A program made the position numbers and the translations under genes. DNA of 64,000 bases from Octopus vulgaris (lineage: Eukaryota). Within the stretch, counting starts at the first letter, position 1. Every line of letters begins with the position of its first letter. The stretch is taken from assembly GCA_951406725.2 (NCBI GenBank), contig OX597814.1, positions 222,580,001 through 222,644,000 on the forward strand, in the 5' to 3' direction. The notes beneath the pieces were generated by a model, which saw only the letters and a program-made list of their open reading frames with translations, was not told where the DNA came from and did no database searches. Positions 41,473 to 55,949 of the stretch are shown here, in pieces.

Positions 41473-42699
41473 ACACACACGCACATTTTTCTCGTGTTGC
41501 ATTTAAGTCAGAGTAAAGATTTAGCTACTTTGCTTGGCGAGTACTACTTCTTGTATTTTTCCTGATATAGTCACTTTCATTATTGTATTCTTTCTTTTTA
41601 TTTCTAAAGTAGTTGTTAGTATCTATTCTGGAGTATGTTACAAATTACTTTCCCAGGCTATTCTTTTCATTTCCTTGGTTTATTAGTGTTTGGTGATAGT
41701 TGTAATTGCCGCAGTCGTTATTTGACCATATCAAGGGGTTACAAAAGAACATTTACTCAAGCGTCTCAATATATGAATAAGAAGAATGAGTATATAGATT
41801 TTCATGTTGACTACTAGTACGGTATGGAACTTATGTCCGAACCAATCACTTTATAATTTATAAACGAGTGGCTGTGAGAACTACATTACAACAGTGTGTT
41901 TCCTGTCTCCGAAGAAATCAAAATGAGATATTGACTTTTTCTATAAAAAGATTTACTTAACTTTAGCTGGAAAACTGTAAAAAATATTAGTGAATTTCGC
42001 TATTGAGAGTGCAGTATAATAAAAGGAAAGAATACTATTGTATCACTATTGTTCACCTGAGCACGAATCATTTATCATTTTGCAAGAAAAATGCTATAAT
42101 ATTCGTGAATCGTTACTGGGCTGTCGGGATTAAGAGCTTTTGCAAATACAACCGAATATGATTGCCCTCACTATGTCAGTATCACAGAGACTTTTGTTCA
42201 GTGACTTTTTTCTCTGAAAGCTATATTAGCGACAACTATTGCCTTCAATACAACTGCGCTTTATTTTTTGTTTAAAATTAACACTTTTCAATGCCGACTG
42301 TATAACAAACTTGGACTCTCTGGAACATTGTTATTCATAATATTTCACCAACCTTGAATATATTTGGTTTAAGATCTTCCACCATCAGGACACAACAACC
42401 CAGTTAATTAATTGCGCAAAGCAATGTAATTTATGTTTGACAGAGGTCTTGTATCTCAAACAACTCTCCTCTAGTATTAAAATGAAAAAGGAATTGATAA
42501 ATAATACACGGATGATATGTAATCCGGTTAGTGAGTGGGAGGGGGAGAGAGAGAGAGACGTGGGAAAGGAACATGCAAGACAAAAAGAGCTTAGCGTGAA
42601 GGGAACAGAAATAATGAGACAATGCAGTGGACAAGAAGCGGATGGGATAAGGTCCCTTAAATATGCTAGAAATTTCACTGTAGAATAAAAGAGAACTAC

Positions 42700-43100
42700 A
42701 AATGTTGCTGCATAAATGAGTTCATAATTTTAGGAATGTGTAAGCATGTATCGAAAATATATATGTTAATAAATATCCTTAAATATGTGAATGATTTAGG
42801 GTGCTGGGATAGAAAGGATTAAGTTCATTGAGCTGTAAAAGACACCTGTAGTGATAAGTTTTGTGGTGATAATCAGATATTGTTTCTATAATTTATATCA
42901 ATGTAACTGGAATTTGAAAAAGTTTAGGTTGAAGTGCTTAGGAAATATCAGAATTATGGATATTTTAAGAATTAGTTTTTAACAACAGTACGCAGATTAC
43001 ATCTTCTATTCTGGTTTCTAAATGTTCTCGATTTTTTAAAATCTTCACATGATTGTTGAAGCCATTAACATTTTTCGTTAATAATTATTTTAACGTCACT
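42700..43100 (-). mobile_element. Possible very decayed L1/Tx1-like endonuclease fragment
   Basis: LLTKNVNGFNNHVK followed by DVICV resembles the APE N-terminus (NVNGL..DIICLQET); many stops. Confidence 0.3.
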
Positions 43101-43613
43101 CCAAGGAAATTTTTAGAGAGGAAATAATTCAGCATACTGTAGTTCAACGTCTGGCTTACCTACGATTCTTTACGTACTAAGTCATGGTTCTGGTGTTGCA
43201 AGTAGGGGGTGTATTATACCTCATATTTCTGCGCCAGCTTTTAGGATTGCTTATCGAAATATCTAATCATTCAATCCACTAATTTTTCTTTTTTTTTTAT
43301 TACTTTGCTACAGTATGAGAACAGCATATAAATGATGGCCTAATTGCATGCATACGAACTATTAATCGGCAAAGCTATGGAATGGAAAAATTTATCAGAA
43401 AGTGTTGAACACATTAGATACAGAAAATTCAGTAATAGTAGAAGTTTAAACCCGTCACATATACACCTACGTGCATATACACAAGTACACATATACAAAC
43501 ATACATAAATGCATACATATATGTATACATAGTTGCTCGCACATAGGCACACACACATATACATCATTGTGTATGCATATATGTATATGTATATGCTATG
43601 TGTGTATGTATGC

Positions 43614-43651
<38 letters not shown>

Positions 43652-44429
43652 GTATACAATGATTCATATACAGGTATTACATGGAAGGAGGTATTTGATC
43701 AAAAAGAAGAATACAGTTACGGTTTCATTAAAGTCAGGAAGGACGACGATATATGTACTCAATAAAATCTTATATGACTGCGTGTACATGGAATGTTTTG
43801 TGAGTTGTATAGTTTGAACTAGTAACTGCTTGTATTTTTCACCTAAAGTGAACTAATAGTAGAAAACATAAAGACCGTAAGAGATTTGAACTATGTAGAC
43901 GATTGTTACTAAATTCCGACAAAGTTTTCATTTCCTGTTTCTCCTATGAAAGATCTGCAAGCTCCACTGTAACGATATATTTAATTAAGTTTTCGGTATT
44001 TTCAGCTACTTCCTTTAAGAAAATAGTGAGTAAAGCTATCTGCAACTTCATCAAAGACATCATCCTCAGTCGTCTCTAGCGATTATTATGTAGCCCTTCA
44101 GGGTAGAGGAAAGGGTGAAATTTGAGCAATTAAGTATAATTCTGTTTTTCTGTAATGAAGTTGCATAGCTTGAAGAAAACATCTGAGTCAATAAAGAATA
44201 CATAATTCGGACATGTCCGCAGACTTAGACACAGTACCTTCCTTCTTATCGTTCAGTTTTTACCTCGAACTGACTTAATTAGCAGCTAAGATCTGATATA
44301 ATTCAATTTGTGGACCCGGTCACGCGCACGCATTTATACAAGCTGCAACAATACACATGAACATACATATACGTGTATATGGGTCTATGAATATGCATTT
44401 TTGTGAGTCAATCCTATAGTTCCTTAACA

Positions 44430-44470
<41 letters not shown>

Positions 44471-45337
44471 AGATCTATTCTACTCTCTCTTTATTTTGTA
44501 TGCCTACCCTTCACTTTCATTTCCATATCTTTACCTTCCTTCGAGAAATTCAACTCATTATTGTCCGTCAGCCTAATAGTTTTTATACATATTTCCCTGC
44601 TTTTTATGCTCTCCCTTCTCACTCGTTTCCTTGTATTTTACTCCAGTCTTCTCCATCATTTTCTTTCAGTCTCTCCTTTCTTTCGAAATATTTTCTAATA
44701 ACATTTTCTGGTTTTCTTTGAATATTTCTTTATACTCATTCCAATGGTATTCCCGACAAAATCTTTCATATTTCTCTCTATGCAATATTTATTTTATATA
44801 TAATATATTCAGAAATCTTTCCAATTTCCTATATAATTCTCTATGCTTTCCTTCACATTGTAATATATTTGGCATATATATCATTTGATGTCATGTGTAT
44901 TTATCCAGTTTAATTATCTGTTAGCATCAATAAGCTTCGTATTGTACAGACGTACAACGAAAAGCAATTGTTAAAAATGAATACGTCTCAGCATAGATTA
45001 ATAATAAAGTAAATATTGGGTAACGATGAAATTATTCAAACCACTATTTTCACGTTTCGCACACGAGCGTATACAAATACAGGTATACACACATTCACAT
45101 TCAGGCTCACGCATATTTACACAAAAGTACAACACACAAATGCACATATGTAAAATTACCTTTATGTATATATCATGGCCTAATTAATGAGTGTGTTGAA
45201 AACTTCTGTTTGGATCTCGATTTACATAAACTCAACAACAGAGCCATAGAATATAAATCATAGAATTGTAAAAGAAAGAAAGAATTGTTAGAACGCAGAC
45301 GGAATATGTCAAACTAAATGAAAAATCATTTTATAAG

Positions 45338-45745
45338 ATTCTTTTACTTGTTTCAGTTATTTGACTACGGTCATGCTGGAGCACCACTTTTAATCTAACA
45401 AATCGGTCCCAGGACTCATTCTTTCGAAGCCTGGTACTTCTTGTATTGGTATATTGTGCTGAACCGCTAAGTTATAGGAACGCCAACACACCAACATCTA
45501 TTGTCAAGCGATGGTGGGTGGACAAACGCAGTCATACACACAAATACACACATACACACACTCACACAAACACACATACACATATATACGACAGACTTCT
45601 TTCCGTTTCCGCCTACCAAATCCACTCACATGCCTTTGGTCGGCTCGAGGCTATAGTAGAAGAAAGTGGCCCAAGGTTCCACGTCGTGAGACTGAACCCA
45701 GAACCATGTCGATGGGAAGCAAGCTTCTCATCACACAACCACATA
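45338..45745 (-). mobile_element. SINE family A, diverged
   Basis: Collinear with 4826-5247. Confidence 0.85.
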
Positions 45746-47216
45746 CATATATCTATCCATCCATCCAACCGCATTCTTAAGAGCGCACGTGCCTATGTAT
45801 TTGTATGTATATATGTATTTATCTATCTATTTAGCTATCTATCCATCTAACTACCTATATCCGTTTGTCAGTCAATCTATCAATTTATCTATATATACAC
45901 ACACACATATATACATACATATAGGTGAGTATGTCTGTGTGTGTGTGTGTGCGTGTGTGCGCGTCCGTATATATGTATGAGCGCACTTAATTGAGCACAT
46001 TTTGTGCGATTATTTCAGCTGCGTCCCTCCTCTCCTCACCTCTCTTTTCCGGTATTTTCCTTCAAATTATATTATTTGCGCCGCGTCTATCACCTTACCT
46101 TCATTCTATTTGTCAATTAATCTTTGATATATCTTCTTCCTGTCTTCATGCATCCTGTTTATTGCACTGACGTAATAAACTAGGTATATTTTTCTGTTAC
46201 TACTTTTTTAAATATATTTTATTGCTTTTCCTTGAAGAATGTATTGAAGTATATTCAATGCCTTTATTTTTTAAGTACATATTGACCAAAATGCCAAATA
46301 TAGCCAGTCCTCTAATTTGTTCTAAGACATTTGTAAGGTGGAAATGTACGTTTAATGGCATTTGTTTTGATGGTAGAAGAGAAGTTTTCTTTAAAATCAT
46401 CTGTGATTTGTTTAACACATTGTCATCGCCATGTGTAAAACGGGATGAAAGTTTGTAAGAATCCTGTCACGGATTATATCATCCTGAATTTTCTTCACCG
46501 GAAAGTTTCGAAACGGGTTTTGAATTAGCCGATGCTGTTATTCTCCAAAATTTGAAACCTTGTGCTAATGCTATAAATCAATACAATTCAAACCCAAAAG
46601 ATGATCTTGATACGAAAAATTCTACAGACATGACTTAGATAACGTCAAAGAATAAAGTGATACGATAGTTGATTCACTGGCTAAAAAAAAACTGATTGGC
46701 ACGTGAGTGATTGAAAGAAAATCTTATTAGTTAGTGTGAATCGTTCCAATTTTGTATTTATTGCATGGTTCTTTGATATATGAATGCAATATTCCCTCAT
46801 TATATATCAACATTATGCAACTACTGCATTTCAAGAAAAAGGGCCATTGGATCAGTTATAAATTGCAGCATAAGGATGTTTATATGTAGATTTTATACTT
46901 CTATTTAATTTTGTTGTTGTTGTATATAATGGAGAGTATGGTCACCTTGTTTTCCCAATATTTTTTATCCAATATATTTTCTAATATATTGGTTTTCTGC
47001 AAATAGACAATTTTGCTGGTTTGTATTGACTATTATATTCGAGTTTGATATTTTAAGCAGTGAATTCGCATTCGTTTCTCTCGTTTATTTCTTAGCGTAA
47101 ATTGTTTCATCATCGTTTGCTTATTTTTTTTCTTTTGCTTTATCTCACCTTCTTAGTTTATTGTATCTGTCCTCCAACAGGAAAAGAGTATAAGTGCTTG
47201 AAACAATCTCACGTGA

Positions 47217-47331
47217 AAGGTGTGGGCTCGTACTTGTCGTAGACCCACAACCAACTAACTCTAAAAACAAACAGCCTTAAAACTACTGTCGTAAAACAGA
47301 ACATAATTACCAAATCTTGCATTTCATGACG

Positions 47332-47407
<76 letters not shown>

Positions 47408-47519
47408 AACGTCATGAAATGCAAGATGTGGTAATTATGTTCTGTTTTACGACAGTAGTTTTAAGGCTGTTTGTTTTTAGAGTTAGTTGGTTGTGGGTCT
47501 ACGACAAGTACGAGCCCAC

Positions 47520-47524
<5 letters not shown>
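47217..47524. repeat. 308-bp near-perfect palindrome centred on (TA)n
   Basis: About 117-bp unique arms with 1 mismatch around (CT)n(TA)n(AG)n; followed directly by another (TA)n. Confidence 0.97.
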
Positions 47525-47585
<61 letters not shown>

Positions 47586-47938
47586 TGCATCTCTGTCATC
47601 TTATCATCACACATATGAAACTCATTAACATCTCATTACGAATCACAAAGTCAACTTGCAGAATATAGCCAAAAGATATGTGTTTGCATTTGAAAAGGCC
47701 TATTACATTTCCTTGCATCTACCTAGATATGCGTGTTTGCGCCTGTGTGTGTGCGTATGCCTGTACGTGTGCATGCGAGTGTATATAGATGTGTATATAT
47801 ATATATACATATATATATATGTGTGTGTGTATATCTGTATAAATGCTTATAACTATGCATAATCACATATTTGTATATAAAGATATATGCATACATATCA
47901 GTATGATGGTAAGGATATATATATATATATATATATAT

Positions 47939-47993
<55 letters not shown>

Positions 47994-48206
47994 ATATACA
48001 CGCGCATATAATATGAAATTATAAAAATTATAGATAATTCATCTTTAATCGAATTCACGAGCACATAAAAGAACGCATACAAAGAAAGAGGGATATTCAA
48101 AATAATAACAATCCAAAATGGCTTTCTGTGTATTCCCACAATGTATAAACAGAAATAAACCTATCAAGCACATTTTTTCTCCTTTCAACAACGCCTACAA
48201 ATACCG

Positions 48207-48237
<31 letters not shown>

Positions 48238-48645
48238 TGACACATACACACGTGCACATACACAGAAGCACCCCATCATCGTCTTTGTATATACACATAC
48301 ATACACTATCTATTATGATTATCACCCAAATCCTGTTAGTTTATATGAATATAACCGTATTGATTTACATAAAACTCTGGCGGTGACGGAATCCATCTAG
48401 ACTATTATTTTACTATTTAGACATTCTATTACCAGGGAAGGCAATTTTATGTTTCATATCTCTAGGATCAATAAATTTATAAAGTATGTATCCGAGGTGA
48501 ACAAATGTGGGATATAAAGTGATCCACAAACAAAGCTACCACCCAAACAATATTAGATACACGATATACTTTGATGTTAATTTACATAAAATTTGAACTT
48601 TGACCACACACACTCTTTGAGATTAATACACACAACACACACACG

Positions 48646-48676
<31 letters not shown>

Positions 48677-49095
48677 CATGTGTGTTTGTGTGTTTTTGAG
48701 TATGTGTGTGTTTGAGTGCGTGTGTGTGTGTATGTAATTTGTATCAGTTGACAATTTGCTTATTGAGTCCCCGGATTATCTTTAAACTCGTGTTATTTTA
48801 GGGAGACAAAGGACGAATTTTCCTGATTGTAAAACTATGGTTCCATTCCTGGACTGGTCTTTATGTGTTGTGCGCCTGAACAAAAGTAAGAAGAAAAAAA
48901 GACATTTCACTTCACGTTGTTTCAGATTAGCCATTAATAATCCTGCGAAAGATCAGCGTTCCATCCAATGGGTGGGGGGATTATATATGCTTATAAATTA
49001 TATATGTCTTATAAACCTATGGCTCGAAGAACTGTTCATTCTTTGACCCTTCTGAATGTTTATTTATCTATCTATCTGTGTGTGTGTGGCGGAAG

Positions 49096-49125
<30 letters not shown>

Positions 49126-49126
<1 letters not shown>

Positions 49127-49583
49127 TTGTTGTGCAAGATTTTTTATGTAAAGTCGTGTGTTGAAACAGATATTGTTATATTTCGGAATGGTCATTTTGC
49201 CAGTTTAGCCAATAAAAACACACGCACTATATATTTGGTGTTACTTGCTTCAGTGTTATTTATTTTTTACATTAATCTTAATCTTATTTCGGCCAGAGTT
49301 CTTTCATCACATTCCTGTGACCGCATCAGTGGTCCTTTGTTTTCTTCTTACTTATTTGTGTCTCTCCTTACTAACCGTCAGCCATTTTGTAAGGAGAGAC
49401 ACTTATAAGTAAGAAGAAAACAAAGGACCACTGATGCGGTCACAGGAGTATGACGAAAGAACTCTGGCCGAAATAAGATTGTGATTAATGTAAAAAATAA
49501 ATAACACTGAAGCAAAGTAACACCAAATATATAGTGCGTGTGTTTTTATTGGCTAAACTGGCAAAATGACCATTCCGAAATAT

Positions 49584-49591
<8 letters not shown>
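49126..49591. mobile_element. Palindromic element in (TA)n, like inverted Penelope pLTRs, with an HHR-like motif in each arm
   Basis: Arms 49170-49371 and 49389-49591, 17-nt loop, 44-bp one-sided extension; CCA-CTGATGC-G-GTCA..TGAC-GAAA-G-AA-CTC-TGG at 49425-49469 (+) and 49291-49335 (-). Confidence 0.8.
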
Positions 49592-49640
<49 letters not shown>

Positions 49641-49782
49641 TATGTATGTTTGTATGTATGTATGTATGCATGTATGTAAGGATGGATGGATGGATGGATG
49701 GATGGATGGATATAAATATCAGGTCACTTGTGACTTTCATATGTTTACGGCCGTTCCGCAACGTCTTTCGTAGTGTTAATTG

Positions 49783-49973
49783 TTCCTCCACCATCGCTTG
49801 ACAACCGATGTTGCTATGTTTACTTCCTCGTAATCTAGTGGTTCGGTGAAGGAGACTGATAGAATAATTACCAGTCTTACAAACAGTAAGTCCTGGGGTA
49901 GATTTTTTACTCAAAGGCAATGCTCCAGCATGGCCGCAGTCAAAATTACTGGAACCTATAAAAGAATAAAAGA
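49783..49973 (+). mobile_element. SINE family A, 3' half
   Basis: gcttgacaaccgatg..gatagaataa..tgctccagcatggccgcagtcaaa. Confidence 0.8.
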
Positions 49974-50534
49974 GCATGTGAACGCGCATGCGTGCGTGTG
50001 TTATGCCCAATCATACCATTTTTCAGGCTATTTTTTCATTGAATGTGTACTACGGCGTTATGTGTACGTGAATTATAAGATAGAAGTAGTAGAATCATTA
50101 ACGGTAATCTGAGTGCCTTGCAGCAATTATCCCGATTCCCTACTCTCTTAATTGACATTGTATTGAGTCCCAACATTTGCAGTTCATCCTCAAGAGTTTA
50201 AACCAATACATTTTGAGACAATGGCTTGTTGGAAATTTTGGGGCCTTAGACGAGCTGTTCTCCGAAATGTATTCCAGTATCCTATCTTGTAATTGCAACG
50301 CCTTTGACACTTGAGCAAGACAGTATTACGCTTGACTTCTCTTTGTGCAAAATGGAAGGCGCGGAGTGGAAGCTCTTGCATGTATAGGCACCTGTTGGAC
50401 TTCATCAAAAATTTTGGCCACGTAGATGTTTGAGAAAATTATATTCCATAATTCCATAATTATATAGTCAAACATATCTATAAAGCACAACAAAAGTCAT
50501 TGTGCATGCATGTATATATATATATATATATATA

Positions 50535-51040
50535 CTAGCAGTATCGCCCGGCGTTGCTCGGGTTTGTAAGGGAAATAACTATATAAGCATTTTTAGAGAG
50601 TTACTTCCCTTATAAATTCGGGCTTTCTTAGCCATTTTTGTTTTGGTGTCTTCAAGCCATGAAGTCGTTGTTCTAAAAGAACGCTGGTTTCCTTCACAAC
50701 GCATTACGACGTTGATTTCTTTACACTCCCTTCCCCACAGCTTCACGAGGGAGGGAAGAATGGGGAGAAGCAAACAGGTGCAGGTGTGAGCGTGGACGCC
50801 AACTCCGCCGCCATCGACATACGATGCATTTTATGCATTAAAATGGAATAAAAAATGATGTTAAATTATTTTTAAAATCGTAGACTCATCGTTGACGCGC
50901 GCTAATAGTCAGACGGGCTCGATATGAATCACGACTATAAGATACCCGAATTTGGTTAAACTGCACGCAAAATGTGGGAGGAGTTAGGAATCTAAATCGA
51001 AGGGGACAGACACTCACACAACTAGAGTTTTATATATATA
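50535..51040 (-). mobile_element. Non-autonomous Helitron
   Basis: - strand begins TATATATAAAA..tgtgagtgtctgtc and ends with hairpin CCCGAGC-aac-GCCGGG plus CTAG, followed by T; inserted in (TA)n. Confidence 0.8.
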
Positions 51041-51274
51041 TATATATACACGCACACACGCACACAAAAACACACACAGACACACAGAGACACACACACA
51101 CACACACCTCCACAGAATGATCATAGAAAGTGTGACCCCAAATGACATTTGCCAGGCCAACCTATGCACAACACACACTCAGTGACATTGAAATGGACAG
51201 CCAAAGTTCTTATAAAACCACAGGGGGTCCAGCAGACCAACGGAAATAACACTTCTTCACTCTCAGATATAAAT

Positions 51275-51352
<78 letters not shown>

Positions 51353-51548
51353 TTTCTCTCTGTCTCACTTCCTCCTCACCCACTACTACGAAACTATAAA
51401 AAGGTTCAAACTACCCACAACTGATTTGATTTGAAAACCCACTAGAATGGGAGCAAGCGCTAATCCGAATGATATGATATATATGTAAAAAATGTAATAT
51501 ATAAATAAATATCTACAAATATGAACCATCTGATCTGATTACCTCAAT

Positions 51549-51654
<106 letters not shown>

Positions 51655-52372
51655 TGAATGTATGTATGGTGTGTATGTTTGTCAGTATCAGTGTGTGTGT
51701 GTGTGTGTGTGTATGTATATACCTCTATATGTTCTTTCCATTCTGCTTATATTTTCGACACACTCAAGGTAGTAGATAAATATACAGCTCAGCTGGGTTA
51801 CTATAATGAAAATGGCGCCATCGAATTAAACTTTTAAAAAATTATGAAAACACAAATAAAAGCAGAAGTGAAAAAAATATAATGAAGCAGACGGAATTGA
51901 GAAAACAATGAAATGAAATAAAACAAAACTTTTGAGACATCATTTACTTGGACAAACAACAAAACCAATCAATTGTACGTTTCCTAATTCCCCAAGATAA
52001 AGATAGAAATTCCAATATAATAGACTAGAGTGAGGTCAAATCTTAAAGTTCAATATAAGCAAGAAATACTCTTAGTAGAAGACAGCAATGAGAAATAAAT
52101 AAATTGAAGGCGACAAATTTCTGACCTGATGGGAAAAGATATTTTCAATTTATGTACATCTGTTTCTGGTGTCTCTACCACCATTTCACTTAACCTATCT
52201 TTCGGTTTTTCCCTCATTTCTCTATCTATCGGCGTGTCTATCTAAGCATTCAATAATTTTATCTATTTCTTTATCAATTCCTAACACCATATGCACATAC
52301 ACTGAGTATATATATATATATAATCGTGTATGTGTGTGTGTAGATAGATATATATATATATATAATCGTGTA

Positions 52373-52439
<67 letters not shown>

Positions 52440-52791
52440 GTATATGTAGATACGTATATATGTATTCATATGTATGTGTGCGTGTATGTATGTATATGTA
52501 TATACATGCACAGAACGAGAGAGAGTTATTATCTGTGTGACTGTATATATGTATACGTACATTTAGTTGTTTTATATGTATGTATGGATGGTGTGATAAT
52601 GGAAAAGTGACACACTTAACTTTCAAATGTGACCGTAAGTCTAACAGTGCACATTCTGTTTATTATTCGTTTTTATACACCTGTCAATGAAGTATATATA
52701 CAACGAAACAATTCCTATTCTTTTCTCCTTATTTTGTTTTTTTATTAGCTTTCACCTTGTTCTTCATTATATTGATTATATACATCTAAAG

Positions 52792-53197
52792 AAGGCGGTA
52801 AGCTGGCAGAAACGTTAGCACGCCGGGCGAAATGCGTAACCGTATTTCGTCTGCCGTTACGTTCTGAGTTCAAATTCCGCCGAGGTCGACTTTGCCTTTC
52901 ATCTTTTCGGGGTCGATAAATTAAGTACCAGTTACGCACTGGGGTCGATATAATCGATTTAATCCGTTTGTTTGTCCTTGCTTGTCCCCTCTATGTTTAG
53001 CCCCTTGTGGGTAATAAAGAAATAAGTATTTCGTCTGCGTTACGTTCTTATTTCAAATTCCGCCGAGGTCGACTTTGCCTTTCATCCTTTCAAAGTCGAT
53101 AAAATAAGTACCAGTTACGCACTGGGGTCGATGTAATCGACTTAATGTCCTTGTTTATGCTCTCTATGTTTAGTCCCTTGTGGGCAATAAAGAAATA
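52792..53197 (+). mobile_element. SINE family B, head plus 2 units
   Basis: Unit starts at 52842 and 53026; TSD-like tatatac(a/g)tctaa. Confidence 0.9.
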
Positions 53198-55857
53198 TAT
53201 ACGTCTAATCAAAACTGCGTTACTTGGTGAGATTTACGTATGGAATCCTTGAAATGTTATTAATGGATTTTGTTTATTTTTAGAATACTTATGTTCGTGT
53301 GGTAACTTTCTATAATCAGGGCATAATTTTTTGCGAATTTTATAACAAGGACTTCAGACCTTGGTTTGTCAACCAGTTTATTTATTTATTTATTTCACTT
53401 ATTTATTTAGTAATTTATTATCACTTAGTAATTTATGAGAGATTACTAGGCTCAACAAATTGCTCACGGCACACTATGCAGACATTATCCAGCATATACA
53501 GCAAGCATAATTTGTGTTGCTTTGATAGTTTTTCTTGTCATTTGAGGTTTTAAGCTTAACTGAGCAATGCATTCTACATTATAGCTTCAAGAAGAGCAAT
53601 ATTCTAAAGAAGAAGTGTATGATTCTATGAAACAAATAAAAACTGGAACTTATGAAGAAATTAGAGGTCGATGTTTAGGCAGCAAGCCAATAACTTAAAG
53701 TGTAACAACGGATTATACCAACAGAAATCGTTAAGCAAATTTCATGTGGTGAGTGAAGATGCCGCTTTCTGATAAGACATATAAGAACAAAGAATTCTCA
53801 GAAATGGAAACTTAAGTCTAGAATATTCAGTTGAGTAGCTTTATATAAAACTATTACTTCTACCAAGTCGAATGCTTGGTGAAAACCGTCAACGATGTGC
53901 AGGTAGGATACGATTTTGAAAGAATCAAAGGAGAGGTAATTTTTGCTTCTTTCTTAGCAGAAACATATGTTTGGCTCATGTTCAAATCTTAATATCTAGT
54001 TTTTCTAATCGACATTTATGGGCCATTATGTGATCCAGGAAATATTGATACAATGAACACATTGCCAAGTGAGAGTAGTTCTTAAGGGAAATCCATTGAT
54101 GACTACTTTCGAAAGATCTTATGCTGAAATTTAAACCAAAATGCGAATCTTTTATAATTCTATTAGGAGCACGCTAGGACAAAGTTATGCACACTCGAAG
54201 CTTTCGACGATCGGTTGAAGGAGATAGTAGTTTTTTACAATAAGTGTATTTAAGTATCTAAAACATTAATGCGAACGGAACATCAATGGAGATTAACCTC
54301 ATATACGAACAATATAATCTACATTTATTCTGCAAGCTTGCATTTCATACAAAATAAAGGAAATGACGCACATTCCAAATGACACGACGTGTCTTTGACT
54401 TCAATTATATTACCAGTTGCTTTCGTATGCATATTGCAACATATCGTTATTTAACTTCCGCAAATCTTTTGTAACAAAAATGTTAACATCAAGATAAATC
54501 ATTCACTTTTCTTTTCAGTGTTATATAACATATTCAGATTGCACCATACCACATTATAACACCAACAAAGAACGCATTGACGAAGCATTCAAAAGTTCAC
54601 TCGCTGCACATGTGTAATAAACCAGCAAAATATGTCAACACCACAATGTGATCAACGATCTCGTGACATAATTCCTCAGGTCTTTAATGGAAAGTCTTCA
54701 ACAGATGCATTGATGTATCAGTCACTAAATATAATAAGATTAATATTAGAAATCTCCAGTATCATTACTGTCAACCTTCCCACGTTTTATTTAACCTTTA
54801 CAAGTACAGGAAAATATTAACACTCCATATACTTCGTAATGCGATTATACACCTGCAATGAGAAATTTTTGGCTCAGTGGCAGCAAAACAAATGAATGTC
54901 CTATGGTTTTTGTATTTCATGTTTACTTTTTGCCATCGCTGTCTTACATATATACATAAATTTTGACTTCATTAAACTATTTCTGCATGCATACATATAC
55001 GCAAGAAATAATGGGCTTTTTAGTAGGCAGTCACATCTATTTGAAATAGCCACAAAAATCTCTTAGATTTCAAATGACCATCTTAAACAATTAAAAGATG
55101 CCCTGGCTAGCGATGGTAAAGTGAAAGTACGATGTTGCTCACAAACAAGAAGGAATAAAGAAAAAAGTAGAAACTAATATATAAAATTTAACCGAAGTTG
55201 CTCACTAGGGCTATAGGGAAAAGGATGTAGTCACAAAATATATGAGGGGAAAGGTGTACTTTTATTAGTTATGCCTGGTCGGCTTTGTGAATCGCATTAG
55301 AATGGGCAGTAATATATGGCGCTGAATAATATATAGGGTAAATGACCATAAAGAAACGAAAGACAGATAGCGAAGGAAGAAGATGGCCGGATCGGAAGAG
55401 TGCATATTCATTTTTTGCAATTTATATTTGCTGTGAGACTACTAAGAGAGGTTATTCCAGACGAAAACATTCATTACAAAAACAGGAGGTGGAAAGAAAG
55501 GATTGAATATTACGGCATTTATAAAATTTCCACTTAGTATAAAGATTTTATCTACAGAAATCTTTGTGAAGTTAGAACCATATTCTTGGTTTACCTTTGT
55601 GTCTAGGACACCGAATATCGTAAGATAGTTTTAGTATTTCTCTATATTTTCTAGTTTGTTTCTAGAATATGTGTGGCGCTCCCTTAAAGTTTAATTGTAT
55701 CTTGACAAGTACTGTATGTCTGTGTCACTGGATTCCAAATGGTGCATGGATATTTGTTTTATGTCAACTTTATCAAAGTTGTCCTGAAACCGGAATAATG
55801 TCTCATGCTTGGAAACATTCAGTGACGACGAATTAGGAAAACAGACAGTAAGGCATG

Positions 55858-55949
55858 TTAGACATCTAGGTTTGAATGCGTGTAATGTCGTAGTGGAACT
55901 GTGCACGAGATATCATTAGAAATGTCATCTTTACAGTTTAACAGTGAAC
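55858..55949 (-). CDS. Candidate terminal coding exon (xSLLNCKDDISNDISCTVPLRHYTHSNLDV*)
   Basis: Acceptor ctgcttctgtctgcag|GT, phase-1 frame open for 29 codons to TAA, followed by about 2.5 kb free of microsatellites (UTR-like). No homology recognised. Confidence 0.3.

Noticed and set aside
46200-46660. ORFs suggestive of a transposon fragment
   Set aside because: No recognisable motif.
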